DNA of 64,000 nucleotides from Candidatus Adamsella avium (lineage in GTDB: Bacteria; Cyanobacteriota; Vampirovibrionia; Gastranaerophilales; CAJFVJ01), in the NCBI GenBank assembly GCA_904420445.1, contig CAJFVJ010000001.1:257266-321265 (forward strand), given 5' to 3'. Both the position numbers and the translations under genes were made by a program. Each line of letters opens with the position of its first letter. The stretch's first letter is position 1. The notes under the pieces are model-generated. The model was given only the letters and a program-made list of their open reading frames with translations. It searched no databases and had not been told where the DNA came from. Below are positions 8,748 through 17,021 of this stretch, in pieces.

Positions 8748-9394
8748 AAATCATGGTCCGCTATAAATTCTTCTTCATGATAGATACCGCCGCCACATAT
8801 AATTTCTATAACTTTCAGTAGAAATTCACGAGGAGCGTCTATAGGATTTATTATGAATTCTTTGTTTCCAAGGTGTTTTATTTTGATTATACAGTTTGCT
8901 GTTTTATCAGCCGGGATATAAAGAGAAGCTATTTCGTTTTTAAGAGTTGAAGTAAAGTCTTCGTTTGTTATTATCGGATTTTTGAAAGTTCCGTTGAGAG
9001 CTATAATCCTTCCTGAAAACAGCGGTGGATAGTTATCTCTTGCAAGAGCCTGAGGTCTTGTGTTGTTTCTTGTTTTGAAAGTTATTGAATTCCAGAGGAT
9101 GTTTATGACAGCTATACAGCTTTCTTTATAAAATTCATAAGATATATTTGATGAGGAGATACTTCTTGCCGAGAATGATTCTTTGAGATAATCGATGACA
9201 GAATCCATTTCTTTCAAAATGAGATAAAACATTTCTTTTGTATTTTCGCAGGCCATCTGATGATCAAGATATTGTTTGTACATATGGCTTGATATCAGGT
9301 TGACTCTTTCTTTAACAACGGAAGCTTTTCTTATATCGCTTTCCATATTGTTAAAGTTACCTGTCATATCACCGTTATGGAAATTGTTACTCAA
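8744..9394 (-). CDS. Hypothetical protein
   Basis: 216-aa ORF with no recognisable motif. The track start is TTG at 9394; in-frame ATGs at 9367 and 9346 are alternatives. Convergent with the DUF721 gene, with a 4-nt end overlap. Confidence 0.55.
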   Translation of the reverse strand: MSNNFHNGDMTGNFNNMESDIRKASVVKERVNLISSHMYKQYLDHQMACENTKEMFYLILKEMDSVIDYLKESFSARSISSSNISYEFYKESCIAVINILWNSITFKTRNNTRPQALARDNYPPLFSGRIIALNGTFKNPIITNEDFTSTLKNEIASLYIPADKTANCIIKIKHLGNKEFIINPIDAPREFLLKVIEIICGGGIYHEEEFIADHDF

Positions 9395-9530
9395 CTTTGC
9401 AGACTTTTCTTGAACTCATTGTATAATCTAACATATACTATTTTAACTTTTAATAAGCAAAAATAACAGATTTATTAAAGAAAATAATACGTTTTGTTTA
9501 CAAGAGCAAAATATTATTTTTAGTAAAAGT

Positions 9531-9842
9531 TTAAATATTATTGAAATCTTCGGGGTTTATTTTGTGAACCCATCTTGTGAATTTTTGATGTTCATAGCTG
9601 AGGGCAAAGTTGTAGAGTGATTCAAGAAGTTTTTTTCCTGAGTTTGATTTTGCATGGATAATAAACATTCCTATATTATTTTTCTCAATGACTATTTCTT
9701 CATGTATTACTCTTTTGACATTGTCATCGGGAGAGGTTGAGAGAATTTCTCTCAACCATTGATAGAGTATAGCAAGAGAAGTTTTGTTTGTTTTTTCTTT
9801 ATCAAAACTCTGAAGATATGTGGCAAATGCTTTTATAATCAT
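9531..9842 (-). CDS. Hypothetical protein, translationally coupled to proA
   Basis: 103-aa ORF starting 2 nt after the proA stop. No recognisable motif. Confidence 0.55.
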   Translation of the reverse strand: MIIKAFATYLQSFDKEKTNKTSLAILYQWLREILSTSPDDNVKRVIHEEIVIEKNNIGMFIIHAKSNSGKKLLESLYNFALSYEHQKFTRWVHKINPEDFNNI

Positions 9843-9844
9843 TT

Positions 9845-11146
9845 TTATATCAATCTTTTATGCTTAAATTTTTTGGCAGCTTTACCGCTGTATTGTCCTA
9901 CAAATTGACCGTTTCCATACAATTTGTATTTATAGATAACAAGTCCTTCAAGACCGACTGGACCTCTTGCATGTGTTTTGTTAGTGCTTATGCCGACTTC
10001 TGCGCCGAGTCCGTATCTGAAACCGTCTGCAAATCTTGTGGAAGCATTTTTGTAAACACCTGCTGAGTCAACAAGGTTCATGAATAAATCAGAGTTTTTG
10101 TCATCTTCGGTTATTATACAATCAGTGTGCCCAGATCCGTACTTATTGATGTGGTTTATAGCTTCTTCGATATTTTGAACTGTTTTGATTGATACTGTTT
10201 TTTCTCCGTATTCTGTTGACCAGTCTTCTTCTGTTGCCGGTTCAAGAGAAGGGATTAAGTTTCTTATTTTTTCGTCTGCTTTTATTTTGACTTCGTTTTT
10301 TTCAAGTTCTTCTACTAGAGGTTTCAGTATTTTATCAAAACATTTTTCGTTTATCAAAATGGTTTCTACAGCATTGCATGCTGAAGGGTATTGGATTTTT
10401 GCATCAACACAGATATCAATTGCTTTTTGTTTGTCAGCTGACTCATCTATGTAGATGTGGCATATTCCGTCTGCGTGTCCTAGAACGGGAATTCTTGTGT
10501 TTGATTTGATGTATTTAACAAGAGAATTTCCTCCCCTCGGTATTATCAAGTCTATATATTCATCTAGGTCAAGCATTTGTTTGACTTCTTCACGAGTTTT
10601 TATCAAATTGATTGAGTTTTTCGGAAATTCTTTCACCTTATCGAGAGCTTCCGATATAACCTTGCAGAAAATTTCGTTTGAGTATTCCGCTTCTTTGCCT
10701 CCTTTTAGGATTACTGCGTTTGCTGATTTGATTGCAAGCGAAGCAATTTGAGGGACAACATCTGGACGTGCTTCGAATATTACTCCGATGACTCCTATCG
10801 GACAGCTTACTTTATAAAGTTCAAGTCCTTCATCAAGTTCCATTGCCCAGAGTTTTTTGTTTACAGGGTCTTCAAGTTTTTCTATATCTTTGAAACCTTG
10901 AATAATTGTATTTATTTTTTCTTCATCAAGTTTCAGCCTGTTGTAGGCTGCTTTTGTAATTTCTTTTTTTTCGACCATCTGCCGAGCTTTTTCGAGGTCT
11001 TTTTTGTTTGCTTCAAGTATCAGTGATTTATTTTTTTCTATATTTTTGCTTACTTCTTGAAGAGCTTTGTTTTTTATTTCTTCTGATAAAGAAGCAAGTT
11101 TGTAGGAGGCTTCTTTTGCATTTTTTGCAATAAGTTCAAGATTCAT
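9845..11146 (-). CDS. proA: Gamma-glutamyl phosphate reductase
   Basis: 433 aa aldehyde-dehydrogenase-fold protein with the ProA pattern (PIGVIGVIFEARPDV, ILKGGKEA, CNAVETILI, STRFADG). Follows proB. Confidence 0.95.
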   Translation of the reverse strand: MNLELIAKNAKEASYKLASLSEEIKNKALQEVSKNIEKNKSLILEANKKDLEKARQMVEKKEITKAAYNRLKLDEEKINTIIQGFKDIEKLEDPVNKKLWAMELDEGLELYKVSCPIGVIGVIFEARPDVVPQIASLAIKSANAVILKGGKEAEYSNEIFCKVISEALDKVKEFPKNSINLIKTREEVKQMLDLDEYIDLIIPRGGNSLVKYIKSNTRIPVLGHADGICHIYIDESADKQKAIDICVDAKIQYPSACNAVETILINEKCFDKILKPLVEELEKNEVKIKADEKIRNLIPSLEPATEEDWSTEYGEKTVSIKTVQNIEEAINHINKYGSGHTDCIITEDDKNSDLFMNLVDSAGVYKNASTRFADGFRYGLGAEVGISTNKTHARGPVGLEGLVIYKYKLYGNGQFVGQYSGKAAKKFKHKRLI

Positions 11147-11157
11147 TTTTTTCCCTT

Positions 11158-12294
11158 CTAAAGTATTGCTATGTTATCCCTTGATATTACTGTATCATAA
11201 TTTGTTGTTCCGAGTATATGTTCTATTTCTTCAGAATGTTTGCCTATGATTTTTTTACAGTCTTTATCAGAGAAGTTGACTATTCCTCTTGCAAATTCGT
11301 TTTCATCTTCGTCTAATATGCTGATAACATCACCTGATTGGAAACGGTTTATGACAGATATTACACCGATAGGAAGAAGGCTTGAGAATTTTTCGACGAG
11401 AGCTTTTTTTGCTCCGTTGTTTACTTTTAATCCGCCTGTAATATTTGTTGCGTAAGCTATCCAGCGTTTTCTTCCAGATAGAGTTTCAACAGGAAGGAAG
11501 AGAGTTCCTGCAAAATTACCGTTGAAAGTTTCTCTTACGATATGGTTTTTATCTCCGTTGATAATCATTGCATAATGACCTGAGTGTGTGACGACTTTTG
11601 CTGCTTCGAGTTTTGTTTTCATTCCTCCTCTTCCGTTTTCTGATGCCTCAAATCCGAGGGATTCTATTTCCGGAGTAATTTCTTCGACAAGCGGGATAAG
11701 TTTTGCATCGGGATTTTTTTTCGGGTTTTTGTCAAATAAACCGTCTATATCAGATAGTATAACCATCAAATCAGCATCAAGCTTGCTTGCGACAAGAGCT
11801 GAGAGTTTGTCGTTGTCACCGAAGCTTGCAATCATATTCGGGTCTGTGAAGTTCGTTGATACCGTATCGTTCTGGTTTATTATAGGTATTACGTTGTATT
11901 TAAGAAGTTCGTTGAGGGTATTTCTCAGGCTCAAATATTTTTGTCTTTGAGAGAAGTCATCTTCAGTAAGCAAGACCTGAGCTGTCAGGATATCAAATTT
12001 TTCAAAACCTTCTTCATATATGTACATAAGCTGTCCTTGACCGACAGCTGCGCAGGCTTGTTTTAAGGGGATATTATCAAGTGATGAGAACATCTTGAGT
12101 TTTTTCTTTCCTATACCAATGGATCCTGATGTTACGATGATTATTTCTTTTCCCTGTTCATGGAGCTCTGCTATGTCTTCTATGAAAGCGTATATAGTTG
12201 AGAGGGAGAGGTTTCCTCTGTTAGAGGTGAGAACATTTGTTCCTATTTTGAATACAATTCTTTTTGATTTATTGAGTATTTCTTTTATGTCCAT
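11158..12294 (-). CDS. proB: Glutamate 5-kinase with C-terminal PUA domain
   Basis: 378 aa. IVFKIGTNVLT, IIVTSGSIGIG, FGDNDKLSALVA kinase motifs and a PUA-type C-terminus (GDVISILDEDENEFARGIVNFS). Confidence 0.95.
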   Translation of the reverse strand: MDIKEILNKSKRIVFKIGTNVLTSNRGNLSLSTIYAFIEDIAELHEQGKEIIIVTSGSIGIGKKKLKMFSSLDNIPLKQACAAVGQGQLMYIYEEGFEKFDILTAQVLLTEDDFSQRQKYLSLRNTLNELLKYNVIPIINQNDTVSTNFTDPNMIASFGDNDKLSALVASKLDADLMVILSDIDGLFDKNPKKNPDAKLIPLVEEITPEIESLGFEASENGRGGMKTKLEAAKVVTHSGHYAMIINGDKNHIVRETFNGNFAGTLFLPVETLSGRKRWIAYATNITGGLKVNNGAKKALVEKFSSLLPIGVISVINRFQSGDVISILDEDENEFARGIVNFSDKDCKKIIGKHSEEIEHILGTTNYDTVISRDNIAIL

Positions 12295-12305
12295 AATTTT
12301 AGTAC

Positions 12306-12950
12306 CTATATTATTGAAAGGATTGTCAGAACAAAAAATATTATAACTAAAACAGCGATTAATATTGATATAGTCAGAATAATTTTTCTTTTTTTATTTT
12401 TTTTCACTTCAAGATAGTTGAAAACACTCTCTTTTGTGAAAAAAGAGTTGAGTAATTCTATTTCTGTTTCGACCTCTTCTATGTTCAGCAAGTTAAAGAA
12501 GAAGAAGCATTGATCTCGATATTCTATTTCACTGTCCAAATCTTTTGAGTTGAAAAAAAGATAAATCAATCCGTTAGTCAAAACAACACAACCTTCTTTT
12601 GATTCTTGAAGCAGGTTTGATGCAATATCCGAAAATTGTTTGCAGCCAAAATAAACATTGTTTTTGAAATCAAATATTGAGTCGTCTATTTTTACGTATT
12701 TCACAAATATTATTGGTTTTGACTCTTTTTGTATAATGTAGTCAGCTGAATTTTCGTCTGTTTTTTTGTTTATCTTAAAAATATTTTTGTCGGATATTTC
12801 ATATCCCGTAATTTGCATGAATGGAAGTATGAGGATTTTTTTTATTTCATCTTCTGAAAACTTTGTATAGTGCATGCTTATCACTTTTGTTTTCAGAAGA
12901 TTCAGTTTTTGAAACAAAAATTTTTCTTTTTTCTTCTTATCCGATTTCAT
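12306..12950 (-). CDS. Tail-anchored membrane protein with an HSDR_N-like domain (N-terminal domain of the type I restriction R subunit, PD-(D/E)xK fold)
   Basis: 214 aa. SEDEIKKILILPFMQITGYE...NSADYIIQKESKPIIFVKYVKIDD...CVVLTNGLIYLFF resembles the HSDR_N/HSDR_N_2 pattern. Single C-terminal TM helix ILTISILIAVLVIIFFVLTILSII. Confidence 0.55.
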   Translation of the reverse strand: MKSDKKKKEKFLFQKLNLLKTKVISMHYTKFSEDEIKKILILPFMQITGYEISDKNIFKINKKTDENSADYIIQKESKPIIFVKYVKIDDSIFDFKNNVYFGCKQFSDIASNLLQESKEGCVVLTNGLIYLFFNSKDLDSEIEYRDQCFFFFNLLNIEEVETEIELLNSFFTKESVFNYLEVKKNKKRKIILTISILIAVLVIIFFVLTILSII

Positions 12951-13152
12951 ATTTAAAAATTCCTTTTACAGATATAATTATATTCTGCTGAAGTTGAGCA
13001 AACAACATGGTTTCAGAGTATTTTAAGTATTTTAAGAAATATTACAAAAATAAAAGAAAATAAAATCCAAAAAGGCAATATTTTTTGAAAACATGTCTTT
13101 ATATATATACGAAGTATATAAAACGGTATATAATCAGAAAGGTATAAATAAA

Positions 13153-13431
13153 ATGACAGCAAGTTTCTTATCACAAACAGCAAGACCCGGAACACAACAA
13201 CCAATCAATACAGCTACCAATATGCAGGATGGCGGAAACGGTCGTTATGTCGGATCAAGAAGAAGAAGGGTAAGAAAATCCGAATCAGAGTTGCCTGATT
13301 ATTCATACCTTTTGACCCAGAAAGACCCAAGAATGCAGTTTGATAAAGACCCTATATATGCTGCTTTTGATGTAATTGATAATGCTCCTTTCAAAACAAT
13401 TATCAAAAAATTCTTCAGAGGAGAACTTTAA
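13153..13431 (+). CDS. Hypothetical small basic protein
   Basis: Internal ATG (MTASFLSQ...) of track ORF 13093..13431, chosen because the upstream 20 codons are AT-rich promoter-like sequence. Weak AAAGG SD. No motif. Confidence 0.4.
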   Translation: MTASFLSQTARPGTQQPINTATNMQDGGNGRYVGSRRRRVRKSESELPDYSYLLTQKDPRMQFDKDPIYAAFDVIDNAPFKTIIKKFFRGEL

Positions 13432-13554
13432 TATAGTCAAAAAATTTTTTCAGATGTTTTTAATCTTTATATAAATGCATTTTAGCACTTGAAAAATGCC
13501 AAAAATAGGTTATATTATAGAAAGAGCCCTTTAAATAACACAGGAAGGTGTGCT

Positions 13555-13692
13555 ATGGCTGATAAAGAGATTAAAAATATAAAAGAATTTGCTGTTGATA
13601 ACAATCTGAAAAAATACGAAATAGAATTCCAAGACGGAAAGAAAATTGTTTTGGAAGGCTCCGGTCAGCTGAAGACAGCTGCTAAAGTTTAG
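13555..13692 (+). CDS. Hypothetical 45-aa protein (MADKEIKNIKEF...)
   Basis: ATG at 13555 preceded by an AGGAAGG SD. The longer TTG-initiated track ORF is less likely. Confidence 0.35.
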   Translation: MADKEIKNIKEFAVDNNLKKYEIEFQDGKKIVLEGSGQLKTAAKV

Positions 13693-14720
13693 TTTTCAGT
13701 TTTATCTAGTTTTGTTTCTACATCTTTGATGTTGTCAAAGCCGATGTGATATCTTACAAGGGCTATCAACCCGCAGATTACTATGAATGATATCATCAGA
13801 AATTGTGTTGTGAGTGCTATGGTGATTGCTATTTCTTTTGATACTCCGTAGGCACCAAGACCGAGTATAAACGCATATTGATACGGTCCTGCGTGTACTG
13901 ATACGGATGGGATTAGCGCACTGAACACTCCAAGGCACATAGTCAGCAGTGCAGCTGGAAAACCGATTGATAATCCTGAAAAACTGTGGATTATTATCAA
14001 TATAAAGAAAGTTTCAACAGTCCATCCGCATGCTGTTGCAAGAAGGGATATTGAAAGATTTTTGGGACTGTTTACAACTTCAAATCCTGTGATAAATGAT
14101 TTTATGTGTTTGTGTATGTTATCAAGGAAATTTATAAATTTTTCTTTGAATATTTTTGGGTATTTCAGACAGAAATTTTTCAGTTTTTGGGCAAGTACAT
14201 CGGTATTTGAATACTTGAAAAGACAGTATACAAGAATGAAACTTCCTCCGAACAGAGCTGCCACACTAAAAGCAAGCTTGTACATCCATGGCTGATGGAA
14301 GAAGAAGAGGATAGATAAAAGAAGCATAGATAAAACAACTATACCGTCCAGTATTCTCTCAAGAACTATCGAGCTGAAGACGGTTACTTTGCTTGTTCCA
14401 AATTTTTCACCCGCAAGGTAAGCCCTGTAAAAATCACCGATTCTTGCAGGAAGAAAAGAATTCAGAATATATCCGATGAATATAATTCCCATAAGTGTCG
14501 GTACTTTGTAGTTTTCTTTGTCCATCATGAGATATTTCCATCTGACTGCTCTTGTGATGTAACTCAAAAAATAAACAGGAACAGCAAGAAGAAGCATCTT
14601 TGGATTACATTTTTTGAATGTGGCTGCCATCTCTGAGAAATCGAGCTGGTGAATAATTAGATAAATAAGCAAGGCACTGAAAAATATTCCTATATAAAAT
14701 TTTTTTGATTTAAAGTTCAT
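13689..14720 (-). CDS. Polytopic membrane protein, UPF0104 / lysylphosphatidylglycerol-synthase-TM (flippase-like) family
   Basis: 343 aa, about 8 TM helices. The YITRAVRWKYLM and LPARIGDFYRAYL segments are characteristic of the family. Confidence 0.7.
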   Translation of the reverse strand: MNFKSKKFYIGIFFSALLIYLIIHQLDFSEMAATFKKCNPKMLLLAVPVYFLSYITRAVRWKYLMMDKENYKVPTLMGIIFIGYILNSFLPARIGDFYRAYLAGEKFGTSKVTVFSSIVLERILDGIVVLSMLLLSILFFFHQPWMYKLAFSVAALFGGSFILVYCLFKYSNTDVLAQKLKNFCLKYPKIFKEKFINFLDNIHKHIKSFITGFEVVNSPKNLSISLLATACGWTVETFFILIIIHSFSGLSIGFPAALLTMCLGVFSALIPSVSVHAGPYQYAFILGLGAYGVSKEIAITIALTTQFLMISFIVICGLIALVRYHIGFDNIKDVETKLDKTEN

Positions 14721-14789
14721 ATTACTTTCCCCGTGTTTTATGTTGAAGAATAATTCTTATTATTTCATAAATAAATGAATTGATTATTG

Positions 14790-14849
14790 TTAAATATTGT
14801 TAAAAAAGCTAGGAAAAAACTAAAGAATACATGATTTTTTGCCGACATG
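14790..14849 (+). promoter_or_regulatory. Conserved upstream module, copy 1: tandem TATTGTTAAA repeat plus sigma-28-like promoter TAAA(14821..14824)-N16-GCCGACAT(14841..14848)
   Basis: 60 nt, 56/60 identical to 15804..15863. GCCGACAT is 7/8 to the SigD/FliA -10 consensus GCCGATAT/GCCGATAA; the spacer is one nt longer than the consensus N15. Ends 33 nt before the ATG at 14883. Confidence 0.45.
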
Positions 14850-14882
14850 GGAAGTAAGTATACTTGCTGAAAGGAATAAATT

Positions 14883-15704
14883 ATGGGTTTTAGAATAGAA
14901 GGATTAGGAAGTGACGATTTTTTCAACAATTTTGGACTTGTTGGCACTGAGGTAAAAATAGCCAATCAATATTTGCGCAATAATACTTCTTCTAATAGAC
15001 AAGAAAATTCTGTAAACAGAGAAGATAAAGTAGGAGTAGAAATCAGAGGTTATAATGATTCTTCCAGAACACAAAAGGGAAAAAATAATAAATCTTCAAA
15101 GGCTTCTTCTGACAATCAGGATGTAAAAAACAACACTTCAACTTCTTATTCAAACAAGGTTGACCCTTCAAAAGGGTATCATGAAATGGAAATTTATAAC
15201 GGTTTTAGTATACAGGTTCCAAATGATACATCTTGGAAAAATACCCCGCTGAGAGATGAAGATATAGTTTCCAGAGAAGAAAATACACACCAAAATGGTA
15301 CGGAAATAATAACAAAATATGCTGATGGAACTGTTGTAAAAGAATATTATTCAAAAAACGGTGTTCATGTAACACAGGAAACAAGATACTCAGGTGACCC
15401 TAACAACCCGCAGGAAGGCGATGTAAGAAGCACTAAAACTACTTATGAAAGTGAAGAAGGTACAGTGGTTACAAATAGTAATAGTTACTGGATTCACAGC
15501 TTGAGGACTATAAGTGCAATAACGGACGGTCAATGGTTTTCTTTTTCGGATCTTGTTTCCAGACCAAATTCTGATTATGAGGTTTATGACAAAGACGGAA
15601 ACAGAGTGCCGTATGAAATGGGTCCAACGAGCGATTATAACAGAATAAAGGATGGAAGTATGATGATTTATCCTCCTTCTGAAGGTTTCTTTGATGTTAA
15701 TTGA
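14883..15704 (+). CDS. Hypothetical protein, paralogue 1 (N/S/K-rich linker plus YD/MORN-like beta-hairpin repeats, no signal peptide)
   Basis: 273 aa. Shares these segments with ORF 16051..16881: GLGSDDF, EDKVGVEIRGY, YADGTVV, RYSGDPNNPQ, YESEEGTVV and YEVYDKDGN. Confidence 0.75.
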   Translation: MGFRIEGLGSDDFFNNFGLVGTEVKIANQYLRNNTSSNRQENSVNREDKVGVEIRGYNDSSRTQKGKNNKSSKASSDNQDVKNNTSTSYSNKVDPSKGYHEMEIYNGFSIQVPNDTSWKNTPLRDEDIVSREENTHQNGTEIITKYADGTVVKEYYSKNGVHVTQETRYSGDPNNPQEGDVRSTKTTYESEEGTVVTNSNSYWIHSLRTISAITDGQWFSFSDLVSRPNSDYEVYDKDGNRVPYEMGPTSDYNRIKDGSMMIYPPSEGFFDVN

Positions 15705-15803
15705 TTTTTTATAAAAAAAATAGAAAAATGAATATTAAAATATTGATGTTTAGTTAAACCATAGCGATTAATTGTCTATAAAAGCTGAAAGAAAAATTTA
15801 TTA

Positions 15804-15863
15804 TTAAATATTGTTAAAAAATCTGGAAAAAAACTAAAGAGTACATGATTTTTTGCCGACATG
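15804..15863 (+). promoter_or_regulatory. Conserved upstream module, copy 2: TAAA(15835..15838)-N16-GCCGACAT(15855..15862)
   Basis: 56/60 identity to 14790..14849 with no indel. Same spacing of the sigma-28-like elements. Confidence 0.45.
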
Positions 15864-15895
15864 ATAAAAGTCATAAATTTTGAGGTTAATCTACA

Positions 15896-16036
15896 ATGAA
15901 TATATACACAGAAGAATATTTCAATGATTTTGCGGTTCTAGGGAAAAGAAGTTTCAGCCTTGGAAAGATATTAGATGCCTCTGTTCCGAAAGAAGAAACA
16001 GAGCGTGTTGATGAAGAAAAACAACAAAATACCTAA
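15896..16036 (+). pseudogene. 46-codon ORF homologous to the N-terminal segment of the paralogue family (truncated third copy or upstream ORF)
   Basis: MNIYTEEYFNDFAVLGKRSFSLGKIL aligns with GEKYFNNAVNNASFNIIKPI of paralogue 2 and DDFFNNFGLVG of paralogue 1. GAGG SD 10 nt upstream. Stops at 16034..16036, 14 nt before the ATT at 16051. Confidence 0.35.
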
Positions 16037-16050
16037 AAAGGAGAATAAAA

Positions 16051-16881
16051 ATTGGTATTAAATTTACAGGTATAGGTGATGATTTTGGCGGAGAAAAATA
16101 TTTTAATAATGCTGTTAATAATGCAAGTTTTAATATTATAAAACCGATCCAGAAAAGTGAACAAAATACCGGGAAACAGAGCGTTTCATCATCAGCAAGC
16201 CAGTCAAATGAAGATAGAGTTAGAATAGAAGTTGACGGATACGATGCAAAATCTTCAAAAACCAATGAACCTATAACGGATATGCCGGAAAGTATACCTG
16301 CTCCTCCTGAAAACGGTGTGTCCAAGAAATCTCTTGATGGCGCTGAATATTATAAAAAAGAATATATAGAAGGTTCGGAAGAAGTAAAATTTCCTCCCAT
16401 GATTAATCCTGAAACAGGAGAGTATTTTAAAACCGAACCGATGTATAGAGAAACAATAGAATATGACGACGGAACGGTTATAACAAATATTTATGAAGGA
16501 GATAAACTTGTAAAAAGTATAGAGGATAAATATTCAGGAGACCCCTCAAATCCTCAGCATGATGATACAAGGGATACTACAACATTCTATTATAATGACG
16601 ACGGCTCTGTAGAAACCGTTATAGAAAATAAGAATGACCAGAAATATATAGAAGATATAGGCTGGGTAGATGGTTTGATACCTGATAACTATACCTTTTA
16701 TGATGAAGAAGGTAATGCTATACAACGATATGAAAAAGATGAAAAGACAGGCAGGATAACTGAAAATCCTGAATTTAAAGAAAAAATGCGTGATTTCCTT
16801 ATGTTATATGCCGTGTATAATGCAGAAAGTCAGAACGAGGAAAGAAGACGCAAGCATTCAAGAGACAGTGAAAGATACTAA
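16051..16881 (+). CDS. Hypothetical protein, paralogue 2; apparent ATT initiation codon (or start-codon-inactivated gene)
   Basis: The frame is open from 16015. Homology to paralogue 1 begins exactly at ATT 16051 (IGIKFTGIGDDF vs MGFRIEGLGSDDF) behind an AAGGAG SD at 16038..16043. The first in-frame ATG (16282, track ORF) would delete 77 conserved residues. Confidence 0.6.
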   Translation: MGIKFTGIGDDFGGEKYFNNAVNNASFNIIKPIQKSEQNTGKQSVSSSASQSNEDRVRIEVDGYDAKSSKTNEPITDMPESIPAPPENGVSKKSLDGAEYYKKEYIEGSEEVKFPPMINPETGEYFKTEPMYRETIEYDDGTVITNIYEGDKLVKSIEDKYSGDPSNPQHDDTRDTTTFYYNDDGSVETVIENKNDQKYIEDIGWVDGLIPDNYTFYDEEGNAIQRYEKDEKTGRITENPEFKEKMRDFLMLYAVYNAESQNEERRRKHSRDSERY

Positions 16882-16904
16882 ATTTATTTAACATAATTTT
16901 TGCA

Positions 16905-16932
16905 AAAAGACCTCTTTCAAGAGGTCTTTTTT
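16905..16932 (+). terminator. Rho-independent terminator after paralogue 2
   Basis: AAAAGACCTCT / AGAGGTCTTTT stem with a short loop, followed by a T-run. Confidence 0.8.
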
Positions 16933-16955
16933 AGCGGATAAATTTTTCTCAAAAA

Positions 16956-16985
16956 TTGACTGTCAGAGGATGTTTATACTATGAT
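16956..16985 (+). promoter_or_regulatory. Possible sigma-70-type promoter of leuC
   Basis: TTGACT at 16956..16961, with TATGAT at N18 (16980..16985) or TACTAT at N15. About 35 nt upstream of ATG 17022. Confidence 0.3.
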
Positions 16986-17021
16986 TTTCTTTGAAAGCTC
17001 AGAAAATTGAGGAAGAGAATT

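Noticed and set aside
13013-13204. 63-aa reverse ORF in the AT-rich spacer, and similar ORFs at 34666..34969(-)
   Set aside because: They are products of AT-rich promoter-like DNA (runs of F/I/L/K/Y codons). They have no SD, and they overlap better plus-strand candidates or regulatory sequence.
14846-14869. Short upstream ORFs starting at the ATG inside GCCGACATG (7 codons in copy 1, 12 codons in copy 2)
   Set aside because: They are not conserved in length or sequence between the two copies, and they have no SD. The ATG is more simply part of the promoter-like motif.
14790-15863. Possibility that the two 60-bp repeats are a CRISPR-like or tandem array
   Set aside because: There are only two copies, about 1 kb apart. 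Each precedes a paralogous gene, there is no spacer periodicity, and there are no cas genes. A duplicated regulatory region explains them.
15954-16325. 123-aa reverse-strand ORF across the start region of paralogue 2
   Set aside because: It overlaps the homologous, SD-preceded plus-strand reading frame. Its composition is hydrophobic low-complexity and there is no SD.
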